From the NCBI GenBank assembly GCA_964187785.1, contig OZ076409.1:86306001-86370000 (forward strand): a DNA stretch of 64,000 nt, read 5' to 3'. The notes below the pieces were generated by a model that searched no databases, was not told the origin of the DNA, and was given only the letters and a program-made list of their open reading frames with translations. Of the stretch, positions 48,001 through 56,018 are shown in pieces. The translations under genes were made by a program, and so were the position numbers. Source of the stretch: Amphiscolops sp. MND2022 (Eukaryota). Each line of letters starts with the position of its first letter. The stretch's first letter is position 1.

Positions 48001-50917
48001 CAAGGACAAATCCAACAAATAATATCAGTTATGACTTCAAAATCGCCTACTGGATAGCAGGATTAGTCATAGTTCAGTTTTTTTGAACCATTGTATTCCA
48101 GGAAGAAGTTCAAAATATGTTTAAAAGCTGCCTAAAAGTAAACAAGCCGGGACCGGCCCAAGTAGGCGCCATATCCAAGGCTCCAAAATAGCAGAAAGGC
48201 TTCCAAGTGTCAAGTATTCTTTTACAGTACCCGAAAATTGAAAATTTTTTGAAAAAAATTTTTGGAAAAAAATTTTTCAAAAAAATTGCATACTAAAAAA
48301 ATGGACCGAAATGCGCGCCTGGGGCCGCAAGCGCAAAACCCTGTCGCGCTAAAGTCTCAGAATGCCGGAAAACTGAAAGGGGGGACCCTTTGAGGTTTTT
48401 CAACATCCATTCAGTCGCAAAACATGAAAAATGTGAAAAAAAATCATTTTCAGGAAAAAATCTCACAAAGCCAAAAAAACTGAAAGGGGGGACCGTTTGG
48501 GATTTTCCAACATCCATTCTGTCGCAAAACATCAAAAAAATGCAGAGGGACCCTTTGGGAAAAAAATTTCCGGAAAAAAATTTCTGGCAGTGCCGAAAAA
48601 AATGAAAGGGGGGACTCTTTGGCATCGCCCGGTATGGTGTTACGCGGAAAAACAGGTACAACCATTTGGTCCAGGTCGCTAGTCCAAATGGTGCAATTTG
48701 ACACCATAATACTTTGTTCAACTTTTAAGAACTATTTTGGTCAGTTCGTGTGGATAGAAAAAAAGTGTCACCATAATAGTCGCGTTTCACTTCATGAAGC
48801 GCCGACTAAAAACTGGAACATCAGTTTTTGCAATCTTCGGGTAATTCGGATGAAACTTTCTTCATTAAAAAGCGCAAATTTGCGTCTTTAAAAAGCGTGC
48901 TGTCGGTCTAGTTTTATCATCTGGAGCTTTTTGAAGCTTTTATTTTACCGAAACAATGAAAAAGAACACATAACTTGGAAGATGTTGGAAGTTTTCGACT
49001 CATTTTGAATCATTCTGAAGAATTTTGAAGCAAACGCTGCATCATTTTCTCCAAATATTGTAATGCATAGTTCTTTCTCCCGTTTTCGTTTGTGTTGGAA
49101 CTTATAACGAAATCTGTCGGAAATTGTACAGAACTTGCAGTAAAAACGACAAACAACAATTTTTCGAAAATTTTAGAGTCAATTTGAGGCATTTTTCTTC
49201 TACAAATTGAACTTATCACTTGACGAAAGCTCACCGAAACAACAAGTTTTCTCATTGTTTAGTTGTTTTGGGGTTTTAACATTCTCGTCCACGAAGTTTG
49301 TCGATAATTTGAGAAATGTTGAACGAAAAAGTTGAAAATCGGAAAAATTTCTAGTTTTTGTCTTTATCGAAGTCAATTCCAGACAATTTTCAATTAAAAA
49401 AACTGCATTTATCTCTACACTAAGCATACTGGACAACACATTTTTTCCTTGTTGACCCTTTCCAACGTTCCAATCTACGACGTCTGTCGAAAATTAGGGA
49501 AAAAATGCATAAAAATTTTGAAAATTGGAAAATTCTGGGAGTTTTGTCATTTTTTGTGTCAATTTGAGACATTTTCCATTCGAAAACTGCAATTATCTCA
49601 TAAAAGCCTACTGGACAACAAATCTGTGCCAAGTTGAGCGTTTTCAACGTTCTTATCCACGAATTTTATCGAAAATTTGATAAAAATTGCATAAAAACTT
49701 TGCAAATTGAAAATTTTCGGGTTTTTGTCATTTTCGGTCTGAATTTGAGAGCGGAAAATGACAAAAACTGACTATCAAAAAATTAAAACACGAGCATTTA
49801 TCATTTTTAAGATCTTCATTGATTTTAGGGCAATAATGGAAAATGGAATATATCTTGGAATTGTACGGGTGAGTCAGTCGTCTAGAGGCTGACATTAGTC
49901 ACAAACTCATCAAACATTGCTGAATATTTTTTGATTCATAAGAAACTTGTTGAAATCAGTCGATAACTTTTTTTAAAATATAATCCGTTTTGACATAAGG
50001 ACAAAATACCAGCATAGTGAACTTCATACAGTGCCCTAAAAGCAGGAACAAAGCAGAGCGACGCGCCATTCGTGATCGGCGGCTGGTTTTCGAGATTGGT
50101 TTTGAAAAACTATATATGGAGAAACTGCAACGCATTTCATATGTAGGTTGGAAGTATTTCACCTAATTGAAGAAAGTTTCTATTTAGCTACTATCATAGT
50201 TATGGATCTACTTATTAGCTTCTAGTGGAACATTTGCTTTGAATATTGATTGAGCTTTCAAGGAAGAAACTGGCTTTTCACAGGTGTGTGGATGGCCTTA
50301 CCAAAAGCTACCAATCTGGTCACATGTGCTGTTTCTGACTCGCAACAATTACTGGCTACTGGAGACAGTAGAGGCTCTCTCCGGTTATTTCAGTATCCCA
50401 CTTTTCACACAAAGGTTGGTTCTACGGAAAAAAATTCCAAAGTACAACCTTAATTAGTTGAAATTTTGATGATGTCTCTACAGTGTTCGATATTTTCAAT
50501 TTCTCAAGACACAAAACGGGTTCGCATCGGGTGTAAAATTGATTCACAACTTCAGATTTTAAAGTTCATTTCACTCCAGATCATTTCACCCTCAAATCAT
50601 TCATGTTCAATTCACCCCACGTTCATTTCACCCCACATTTTGAAACGAACTGCAGGATTTGAGGATGGTCAATGGCTAAGTGGGAGATCACTGTTTAGGA
50701 AAGCTTAAGTAACCGTCTTGTTTTGAAAACAGAGCCCAAACAAGCATCATGTTTTTGTTTTCAAACATCAAGTTTTGTTTTTCAGTGCTTCTTCACTGAA
50801 CAGAAAGTGTGCAGTAACAATGTAACCCAGTTAGAATTCATGCAAGCTGACAAATCTCTCATTACGACAGCTGGACCTGATGCGTGTCTATTCCAATATC
50901 ATCTTCTGGACCAATAA
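30..50917 (+). CDS. DCX-domain echinoderm microtubule-associated protein-like gene (DCX-EMAP/EML family), 17 visible exons, 5'-partial
   Basis: Exons 30-165, 8899-9148, 9618-9793, 10119-10353, 10976-11234, 11748-11817, 11881-11982, 12056-12151, 12239-12379, 13003-13272, 13563-13700, 13776-13907, 44717-44971, 46661-46748, 46830-46922, 50284-50414, 50786-50917. All introns are GT-AG with compatible phases; 2704 nt with no internal stop seen. DCX-like KVLLNPGLKKPFVEILEDLA..KLFTAKTGER/VNSYKDLF..FIICGTESF; HELP motif LALEWVYGYRGYDSRMNL; WD40 repeats (GHFQEVWALATHP, GHNSFIIQIDWS, LATGDSRGSLRLFQYP). AATAAA overlaps the stop codon. Confidence 0.92.
324..496 (-). repeat. 3' LTR of the decayed Gypsy element
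   Basis: Matches 5988-6156 with scattered substitutions; adjacent to the polypurine tract. Left boundary approximate. Confidence 0.85.
775..5961 (-). pseudogene. Fragmented gag-pol of the decayed Gypsy element
   Basis: ORF fragments in Gypsy order: gag (5158-5961, CGQCG..HIC knuckle), protease (KFIIDS), RT N-terminus (FVSPAVITVKKDKS..ALDSR.LN), RNase H (TDASTKGLGA..INELELLAVVW), integrase (GIPQTIRTDKGTAF). Many stops and frameshifts. Confidence 0.88.
5988..6156 (-). repeat. 5' LTR of the decayed Gypsy element
   Basis: TGTAAT...TCCACA; direct repeat of 324-496; next to the PBS. Confidence 0.88.
6404..6745. repeat. Interspersed repeat family copy, including a head-to-head inverted pair
   Basis: Motifs GTCGGCGCTATATCTAAGGCTCAAAA, AAAGGGTCCCC and TTTTCGGCACTATGCGAC recur, with variation, near 43770-44180, 48155-48812 and 53780-53970. 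A ~30-bp inverted repeat lies at 6613-6643 / 6710-6741. Confidence 0.7.
7788..8126. mobile_element. hAT-type MITE
   Basis: TIRs TAGAGGTGAACCGGACA / TGTCCGGTACACCTCTA, subterminal CCGGA repeats and an 8-bp TSD ATTGCAAT (7780-7787, 8127-8134). Confidence 0.88.
8418..8595. mobile_element. Tc1/mariner-pogo (Tigger-like) MITE
   Basis: 25-bp perfect TIRs CAGTAAACCCTCGATTATCCGCCAC, TA on both flanks, internal ATCCGCCA/AACCGCCA subrepeats. Confidence 0.9.
14720..15556 (-). pseudogene. Old Gypsy pol remnant (protease and RT N-terminus)
   Basis: IKFIVDSGSPMTVI protease motif and broken KNGYLERAS-like RT segment, similar to the elements at 324-6156 and 31594-38130; no LTRs recognised. Confidence 0.7.
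15747..17933 (-). repeat. 3' LTR of the giant element (2187 bp)
   Basis: Near-identical to 40355-42730 but with three instead of four internal ~190-195-bp tandem units. Confidence 0.95.
17905..18704 (-). CDS. RING-less TRAF-like protein (coiled coil + MATH/TRAF-C), one frameshift near 18470
   Basis: Coiled coil VNKRLDALEMRILRIEES; in the shifted frame VIWRLDQF, then SPIFFSQPFGYTFHLRAYPFG..KGKYMSVCLAMCPGPYDEILIWPFQGVIEIHLLGQ, matching the TRAF-C consensus SPPFYT..GYK..L.LYLNG..G.HLS.....G.YD.LL.WPF. Confidence 0.88.
18742..19252 (-). CDS. Unknown accessory protein(s): two overlapping ORFs (18908-19252, 18742-18975), possibly one frameshifted gene
   Basis: Acidic/Pro-rich segment with a basic NLS-like KRPHPSPIKQSHKKQK, followed by a globular-looking 77-aa frame; preceded by a minus-strand acceptor-like CTTTCATGTCTTTGTGTTTAG. 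Confidence 0.5.
19271..21415 (-). CDS. env: Envelope glycoprotein, chuvirus G / herpesvirus gB-like (class III fusion protein), intact 714-codon ORF
   Basis: N-terminal hydrophobic signal-like segment; HYDC..(12)..VRPC..C.L....WHCG cysteine pattern, CY.KIP and FVDPITR..C motifs recalled from chuvirus-type glycoproteins; N-X-S/T sequons; C-terminal hydrophobic TM-like stretch (FLLIKLLVNVIVITF); position between pol and 3' LTR. First ATG at 21409. Confidence 0.8.
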   Translation of the reverse strand: MAMPKIPPIRSKMCSKFFVKLITCYTLINGLPNPNLDDIAQRLSVSHYDCGEMTENKLYALNQVRPCHVSPENIEINPAIITVYTKHFRTELNATMCRLKHSRFKWHCGYHDRASIDAEQSTITSDIDLSIEQCRRAREVGKIQIPDHMVQFKKGTKLVQSYTNGKKSEENRNHCNGRSWMTKDTFESHIQEVTLPVKLRDGTVHNVNGNPLPCELDDLGCQRTSLHPYAYIWDHPDNCVLSVLKEEQVNMIKNEHRYHMVSTNASTSKFLFEVKNYPQKFCNKPNDVYPTNYESMYIVIYTGGFDMASGRKMGITRGSYTLQYSTDNSGKPGLYIYNRDGTVKDKYVNTWLHMDYEMQLGTKLDYLFFESTRALQSSEIQMLKNQCEQKRTQILTFLMLSLENPLLAGYMLTGNRSMFLETDGSLAWLYSCPLISSPLHVMSNCYDKIPIFYKGQIQFVDPITRQTYPNANTQNCTDRIKNLFQLDMQDKDSWFSLNPEPRHRDRPAICGPKEISPFTKDAFDESQDAGMYTKGQLSDFWDNILIRAASRNALQKVSRELIILSASNKGPDEFGYYAPRTDFYVDNMISPGYFKEQFISTFGVIECWFSKLGQWFGEFLLIKLLVNVIVITFRSFELHRVTGASWGIGKILLSATYKLFTVSMISTLNQVPQHDPMTSSTPPDKNYNEHETLEHIYPAITRPPTSTIHTVSPV
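22018..22700 (-). CDS. Unknown accessory protein, paralog B (ORFs 22479-22700 and 22018-22482, probably one frameshifted gene)
   Basis: C-terminal ~115 aa aligns by eye with 23156-23599; AATAAA on the - strand at 21979-21984 just after the stop. Confidence 0.7.
22721..23053 (-). repeat. Six-copy tandem array of a 34-35-nt hairpin-forming core
   Basis: Core CACGGCAGAGATTGATA(A)CT(A/G)(A/T)GATCGTTACCGTG starting near 22734, 22785, 22846, 22906, 22957 and 23018; 51-61-bp period with A/T-rich linkers. Confidence 0.95.
23156..23599 (-). CDS. Unknown accessory protein, paralog A (N-terminus probably decayed)
   Basis: 147-aa frame sharing SFNC-PW, W.W, FLY.SL.A.L..Y...PE and K.D.DVL...T..M...C...Y...Y.D with paralog B; AATAAA on the - strand at 23144-23149. 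Confidence 0.72.
   Translation of the reverse strand: MLFTLAKFQQKMKPVIAYDIPIVVINKISFNCCPWNVMPEIEEISMIIEELNWSWHPAADIEVKFHNYRSKQKCHKWVKPGSFLYTSLTAALVTYKRKPEPQLSKQDIDVLNAITDQMGTTCRNSNYKDMYIDILETLMLWQEMDDF
25204..25396. ncRNA. Candidate structured RNA element, two diverged tandem copies
   Basis: Copies 25204-25283 and 25316-25396 keep the same stems with compensatory changes (GCTAT/ATAGC to GGTAT/ATACC; GTTCG/CGAAC to GTTCA/TGAAC). Confidence 0.55.
26039..31587 (-). pseudogene. pol: pol of the giant element (protease copy, macrodomain, RT, RNase H, integrase, Pro/Ser-rich tail), several frameshifts/stops
   Basis: RT VIDARYLN, DLSFAYHQV, YLDD; RNase H IHVD..RELCGIV..YCDHKP; integrase H..H/CLQC zinc finger, IHVDHKGP, VHDDGSAF, NGKVE; GPF motif near 26740. 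Confidence 0.92.
30310..30720 (-). other. TARG1/OARD1-type macrodomain embedded in pol between protease and RT (frameshift near 30505)
   Basis: LAFCVSADGKM..FA..GSV....RFIYGLVAKK | ..HAQLNNISAISVAKIEDGLDNISW..II......IKV parallels OARD1 LAHCISED.RM..IA..G.V...RYIY.LITKK...H...N....LSMPRIGCGLD.L.W (recalled from memory). Confidence 0.8.
31594..31904 (-). repeat. 3' LTR of the nested element (311 bp)
   Basis: TGTTATAG...GTTACA; direct repeat of 37816-38130. Confidence 0.93.
31990..36683 (-). CDS. Single-frame gag-pol of the nested Gypsy element (frameshift near 36415, premature TAA at 32479)
   Basis: ORFs 36381-36683, 32479-36312 (1277 aa) and in-frame 31990-32433; zinc knuckles CFRC..H..C and CMKC..GH...C, protease VDSGS, RT FLDD, RNase H CDAS..ELELLA..SDH, integrase HWGH..CPEC, IDFAG, RTDPG, NGKVE. 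Confidence 0.93.
36693..37815 (-). repeat. Duplicated copy of giant-element pol segment (30471-31593) sitting inside the nested element's 5' LTR
   Basis: Near-identical to 30471-31593; yields the duplicated ORFs (36599-37210, 37346-37591) in the ORF track. Confidence 0.93.
37816..38130 (-). repeat. 5' LTR of the nested element (315 bp)
   Basis: Direct repeat of 31594-31904; differs by a longer AT run and about three substitutions. Confidence 0.92.
38131..38930 (-). CDS. pol: 5' part of giant-element pol: aspartic protease and following domain, open frame up to the nested insertion
   Basis: Frame is open from the slippery site (FKLLKSPRPDEESNLKSRFHLNL...) through MLDTGAACSII and NLLGIDF. Confidence 0.9.
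38918..40312 (-). CDS. gag: gag of the giant element (464 aa, intact)
   Basis: FSG.D....FL, LRGPAAEWY, W..I...FL.RF capsid-like motifs; CCHC knuckle CKYCQRNGHTLQYC; Asn/Gln-rich C-terminus; starts just after the PBS. Confidence 0.92.
   Translation of the reverse strand: MADNTVSFPDLAIDKFSGNDPEQNFRSFLTTVENKINFSMGYEPDNDDERARYLFRKKALFSSLLRGPAAEWYRDNIEDGHDWQHIRTHFLTRFSDNRDKYRCRITAENSVSGNEEIIKNFFHRVKRAVDRGSPGEENADNAARAALNAQRRQKYIEFAVRGLTPNELKNKAHQYLIEHPNATWEQFQEHVTNKDLVFTISSQLAPNSSQNQKTLINELREDINAMKNMLKEEQVSSLAVANPLSYGCLPSHCHDYHISAVDVNNMSRQNITRFCKYCQRNGHTLQYCRKKIYDDEAKRAQSRANEEKKVTFTNDYNKLKGPGFGSQQTYQPSLRPNFTNNQRNNQQSNQNSKKGRPNEGNNRNDNWNRNNPQQPNNFNNFNSINNHSSGSRPTPTNTNLRNNTPYTGNRPNSPYNFNARPQNTHSEYNRNFPTNNNSFPNSVQLVDEEGQDRVSRISFNPLNC
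38924..38930 (-). promoter_or_regulatory. -1 ribosomal frameshift slippery heptamer T TTA AAC at the gag-pol junction
   Basis: Correctly phased XXXYYYZ heptamer one codon before the gag stop; the -1 frame is the open protease frame. Confidence 0.85.
40336..40351 (-). promoter_or_regulatory. Primer-binding site of the giant element
   Basis: TGGTGCGACCAGTGAG begins 3 nt inside the 5' LTR end; cognate tRNA not identified. Confidence 0.75.
40355..42730 (-). repeat. 5' LTR of the giant element (2376 bp)
   Basis: Direct repeat of 15747-17933 with four tandem units (starts near 40950, 41139, 41334, 41525). Confidence 0.95.
41991..42520 (-). promoter_or_regulatory. Putative LTR promoter region: TATA, CCAAT, repeated enhancer motif, poly(A) signal and major splice donor
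   Basis: Minus strand TATAAAA at 42127-42133, CCAAT boxes and CACGTG just upstream, three GCACAAGTGGC copies (42410-42517), AATAAA near 42029-42038 and CAG|GTAAGT at 41997. Confidence 0.65.
43770..44180 (+). repeat. Interspersed repeat family copy
   Basis: Shares ATCTAAGGC.CAAAA, AAGTGTCAAGTATTCT, CATTCTGTCGC.AAACAT and GCGTTTCACTTCATG.AGC..C.ACTAAA with 48155-48812. Confidence 0.75.
44205..44680 (+). pseudogene. Degenerate non-LTR retrotransposon (LINE) RT C-terminal fragment
   Basis: Broken translation KCLGVHLDKWL..HVNYVVKK / LGKFC..LIY / YHSFAKRILSYG...YGSAAKT...VQ.R..R..F, typical of the LINE RT thumb region. Confidence 0.65.
48155..48812 (+). repeat. Interspersed repeat family copy with internal subrepeats
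   Basis: Repeated AAACTGAAAGGGGGGACC.TTTG.G.TTTT.CAACATCCATTC.GTCGCAAAACAT units; same family as 6404-6745 and 43770-44180. Confidence 0.78.
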
Positions 50918-53900
50918 AAGGGAATACAGTCTCTTTCTTTTCAGCAATCAACTTAAGTTGAGAAAAGCGAATTTCAATCATTTCCGACCAAATTTTCTGA
51001 TTCGAAACTATTAAACTTGATTTTGTCAATGATAGTCTTGGTTCACTTAATTAAAGCGTAATAGTAATTTTGTACTTATTTACCTGTTTTCATTTCGGAA
51101 TCCAACTAGTGTGTTCTTTAATTCGCAAATCAACTTCAAAATCTAAAGTAGTACAATCCAATTTTGTTCTATGAAAAAAACCAAAATATCAAAGTTTTAC
51201 ATTTTTGAATTTGAATTTCAGCAGCAGCAATGTACAGTATTTAACATCAGTTGACAATGGAGTGACCAAAAAGTTATGAATTTTGAAAAACAGAATCTGA
51301 TATCTTCAGGTTTTCCACACGGAACAAACCGAATTCACAGAGTAGATCTTGATTCAATTTCCCAAAGCTGCGTTTGAACAAATGCGGATCAACAAACTAA
51401 AGAAAATAACTGAAACTTGCAGGGAAAAATGCAGAGGTTAACATTCGAACCTGATACTTTTTCTGGACCGTAGTGTAACTTAACTGAAAAACTAGCGACC
51501 ACGGAGTTGTTTCTGTATACACCCTTAATCATATTGATCGCAAAGAGAATCGGTTGAATGTTGCAAAGTTCAATGTTCTGTTTCAAAATGATAATTATGT
51601 ACCTGCCAAAGTGTTCGCGTCTCACATTTGACAGAGTAACACTGACTTTCAGTTCTATAGGTATTCTTTGCTATACAACATATTCTGTAAAAATAATAGC
51701 ACCAAAATACATCCCCAGAAATGGGAAAAACTATAATTTCAAAATTTATAGATGGAAATGCACCAAAAAATATTTCCGGACATTTTGATGGTAGAAGCCC
51801 AAAGTCGACCAAAAAATCACAAGCCTAATTCTTAACAAGCATATCGTCGAGTCTTTGTTTGATTCAATTCCAAAACGAAAAAAAAAGAAGCTATCAAAGC
51901 CACAACATGTCTCATAAAGTACTGATAGACGCTGTCATAATTGTACGATTCCCTTTTCGCCTGATAAAAATTTATATTTAGTTCAAAAAAAAGATTTTTT
52001 TTCTTTAGAATTGTTTAAAATTTAAGCGATTTGCGATCAATATGATTAAGGGTGTAAGCTACAATTGCATCTCATTTACCTTCTCATCAAAGTACCGGAG
52101 GATTGAAGTGTAGCAAAGTTTTGAAAACGTGGAAGCTCGATTGTTCCGCAAAAACTATTTGAATCGGTTTCCAAAGGAATTGGTCATCCATTCACCTCGC
52201 TTCATCTCGTCACGTTCAGGAAAACGTCAAGCAAATTTTGATAACAATCACATTTCCAGTGACCACCTCTTCGGAGCACCATACATGCTTTTTCTTTGCA
52301 GAAGTTTTCTCAATGCTCAAATGTTTTTTTACAAATCAAAGCTTTCTCGCTGCTTGATGTTTTTTGCTAGACATTATCTATCTGAACCTGTCAAAATACC
52401 TACATTAAGTGCCTATTTGTTTTTTGTCCGTCTGTGTGAATACCAAAACCTAAACATAAAAAATAAACTTTCCGTACATCTTGATGTTGGAATTACAGTG
52501 TCTACCGATTATTTTCGGCCTACAAAAAAAGAAGGCATGATAGAGAAAAAGTTTACCGGTAGACGCCTGAAGTCAAAAACATCACGAAAAGTAACTAAAA
52601 ACATCACAATTTGGAAATATTCGATTTTTAGAAAACGTCGCGGTCATTTTGAGGCACTTTTCCAAGAAACTGCATATGTCTTCTCAAAAATGCCTAGTGG
52701 GTACCGGGTTTAGTCGTTGTTGAATGCCTACACCTTTCTAACTTACGAAATCGCTCGAAAGGTTTATGAAAAAGTGCATAAACACTTTCAAACCACAAAA
52801 TTCGGATTCTTCCATGATTTTGGGTCATTCTGACGTACTCCTTACGAAACTGCAGATTTTTGTGATAAACGTACTGCATACCTGATTAAAGTGTTTAGAG
52901 TTAATTGAAACTTCGCAATTACAGAAATTCGATGAACTTTTCAAAAAGACACTGCAAAATAACTGCAAAATTTTTTCATTTCTTTCGACAGTTTTGGGCT
53001 CTTTTCTAACGTGAAACGCAATTGACATTCAAAACGCTTACTTGATAATGTATTTGTTCGCTGTTAAAAGATTTCGTTCATCTAACTATGGATACTTCTC
53101 AAACAATTCACAATATTTGCATGAAAAATGTTGAAGAGATTTTTTTTATTTCCATCTTCTCGGGGTCATTGGAAGTGTTTTTGAAGCAAAACACTTAACT
53201 GTCTCTTCAAAGAAGCATACCGCGCAGCTAGCTTGATTGTGTTTGATTGTTTTGAACCTACTTTGCAACAAAAGTTACCAAAAATTGTACAGAAATTGCA
53301 TGCATTAAAAACAACTTTATACACAGAGGCGAAGCCGTGCTTCGCAAACACTTGCGAACTTTTGAAGAAAACCAAATAAGCAATATCATACGGAAAATCA
53401 AGGGTAAAAGGAGATTAAAATTTCATCAATTTTACAGCGCCAAAAAATACCCGAAGGGATACGCGTAAGGCTCGAAAACCATTCTTCCCCAACTGAAAAC
53501 AGCAAAAAACCCATTCTTTCTCAACGGAAAACCTTAACCAGAAAATAGAAAAAAAAATTCAAAATTTTTCGAAAACATTTTTGATGGTTTCTGGTAAGTC
53601 GCAAAGCCTTGAGGAGTCCTCTCGCAAAACGTTTCGTTTCTTGTAAAAATTGAGCAGGGGCTTCGGTGAAAACAAATTTTAAAAAGTTGCATAGAAAAAA
53701 AAACCGGTCTTTAAAAAAACAGTCTTTTAAAACTAAAAATTGAGAAAAAATTTTCCGAAATTTTTCGAATTTTTTTTGAAGTTTCCGCTAAGTCGCATAG
53801 TGCCAAAAAATGTGAAAAAGGGACCCTTTAGGATTTTTTAACATTCGTTCTCTTGCAAAATATCAAAAATTGAAAGGATTCTTTGGGGACATTTAAAAAA

Positions 53901-54006
53901 TTTCGAAAAAAACTCACAAAGCCAAAAAAAAGTCTCACAAAGCCGAAAAGTCTCATAGTGCCGAAAAGTCAGAACCTTCTGCTTCGGAATACTTGTAAAA
54001 AAATTA

Positions 54007-54080
54007 GCGCATACCCACGGGTTCGAACAAGAAACCTCTGGGTTCAAAAGCAAGCATCTTACCACTAGACCACGAACGCG
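54007..54080 (-). pseudogene. tRNA-like sequence (tRNA pseudogene or SINE head)
   Basis: Minus strand has A box TGGTCTAGTGG and B box GTTCGAACC at tRNA spacing and a TTTTGAA loop, but imperfect stems; abuts the interspersed repeat at 53780-53970. A more decayed relative may lie at ~7650-7745. Confidence 0.55.
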
Positions 54081-54561
54081 TGAAACGTGCGAGTTGCCGC
54101 GTGAAATCAGAGTTGTCGCGCGGAAAAAAAGCACCCGCACTTTCCCATAACACTTGCTTATCGCAAGTGTAATGAAGAATTTTAGTTTTCGAGTTATTGG
54201 TGTCAAATTGAGCCACATTTCATATAAAAACTTGCAATTAAATATTCAAAAAGCCTACTGGAAAATGAATTCAAACATTGATGAAAGGGCTCAAGGTTCT
54301 AATTCACGAACGCTTTCAAAAATTTAAAAAAGGGCGTTAGGAAAGTCAAAAATTTAAAAGCTTGGATTCTTCGACTACTTTGGGGTCATTCGAGGCCCCT
54401 TTTCGACATGAAAATGCAATTGACTTTCAAAGAGTCTACTCGAAAACGCGTGTTTGCTATTGAAAGTTTCCACTCTTTTGATGAAAAAAAAATTACACGA
54501 TTTAGTTTTTCTGCTTACCGACTGACTGGGGTCGTTTTGAAGTGTTTTTATACAAAACACT

Positions 54562-54701
54562 ACTTTTCTCTTCAAAAAAGTATACTACTTAGCTTGTTCA
54601 TGTTCGATTGTTGTACTCCTTCGAACCCACAAAACTTTTCTCTTCAAAAAAGGATACCACTTAGCTTGTTCATGTTCGATTGCTGTACTCCTTCGAACCC
54701 A
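54562..54701. repeat. Two-copy ~72-bp tandem duplication
   Basis: ACTTTTCTCTTCAAAAAAG.ATAC.ACTTAGCTTGTTCATGTTCGATTG.TGTACTCCTTCGAACCCA occurs twice. Confidence 0.9.
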
Positions 54702-56018
54702 AGAAACATCCAAAATTGTACTCAAATATCGTGAAAAAATACCTAAAAAGGAAGTTGAGTTATTCGACAATTTTTTTCAAATTAAGGCATAATTCTCTCA
54801 AAAAACTGCATTTATCTCTCCAGAAAGCCTACTGAACAACGGATTAATTGTTGTTGAACGGTTTCAGAGTTATAACCCATGAAGTTTCTCGAAAATCTAC
54901 CAAAAATTGCATGAAACACAAAATCTGGTTTTTGTCAACTTCAGTCGCAAGTTGAGGCACTTTCCCGTTAAAAAACGTCTTTATTACTACACAAAAGCCT
55001 CCGGGACAACTAATTCGTTCCTTGTTGAACGTTTTCAACTTTCTAAGCCAACAAGTTCATGAAAAATTTGACCAAAATTGCATAAAAATTTGAAATCTGT
55101 AATTTCGGTCTAATTCAGAGGCATTTTAATTGCATTTAATTGTTCAAAGGAGCCTGTTGGACACCGACTTTTTGTCCTTTTTGAACGTTTTCAACATTCT
55201 AAGCCACGAGATCTCTCGAAATTTTGCAAAATTTGCATAAAAACGTTAAAAATCGAAAAATTTACCCTTTTTGGGTCATTCTGGGTCAACCAAAAAAACT
55301 CCAAACATCTCAACAAACATATCGCATATTACTAAATTTACGTCAGTTGAATTCTATGGGTGAAAATATTTTCCTTTTCCATATGAAATGTACATACTGA
55401 CAGGTATATGTAGTCTTCTTTGGTAACTGTTTGTTCAAGAGGAATAACACCTCTCTTCAATAACAGGCAAAAAGGTTATCTGGTAATAAATATCAGGTTT
55501 CAAATTCAAATTTATGCTTCTACCCATCCTATGCACATGGCAATGACTCCTTGCTTTCTCAAGTCTCCTGGAAATGTTAAACGAAGTTTCTCAGTGACTT
55601 GAAGTATGAAAAATCTTGTCACCTAAACTGAATTCTAAATTGAACAACACAAATCGAGACTAAAATATATGAGGTAATAAATGAATTCATTTCTGGTACT
55701 TTCCAGGAAGGATAAATTTTCTCTATATATTTGCACCGAAGTGTAGGCGCCAACGAACGCTCATAAACGACTAATGGGGAAGGTACAGTTAATTGATAAA
55801 ACAGCACTTTAGGAGTTATGAACTAAATCACGGAATGCTGATTACAGAAATCAAAAAACACAAAAACAATCCAAATATTTGTTGCTTCATAATGTACATA
55901 ACTTATACTGATTGAAATTTATTTAATCTGCCAATAATTATTATATACAACATTCATAAAATTTCAATGATTGTCAGATAAAGAATCCAAACTAATAAAT
56001 TAGCTCTCAGATCAGCAC

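Noticed and set aside
52129..52713. 194-aa + strand ORF
   Set aside because: GTG start, no domain, no convincing splice context; composition typical of AT-rich intergenic DNA.
54007..54080. Functional tRNA-Gln gene
   Set aside because: Acceptor, anticodon and T stems pair poorly and it is attached to an interspersed repeat; kept only as tRNA-like.
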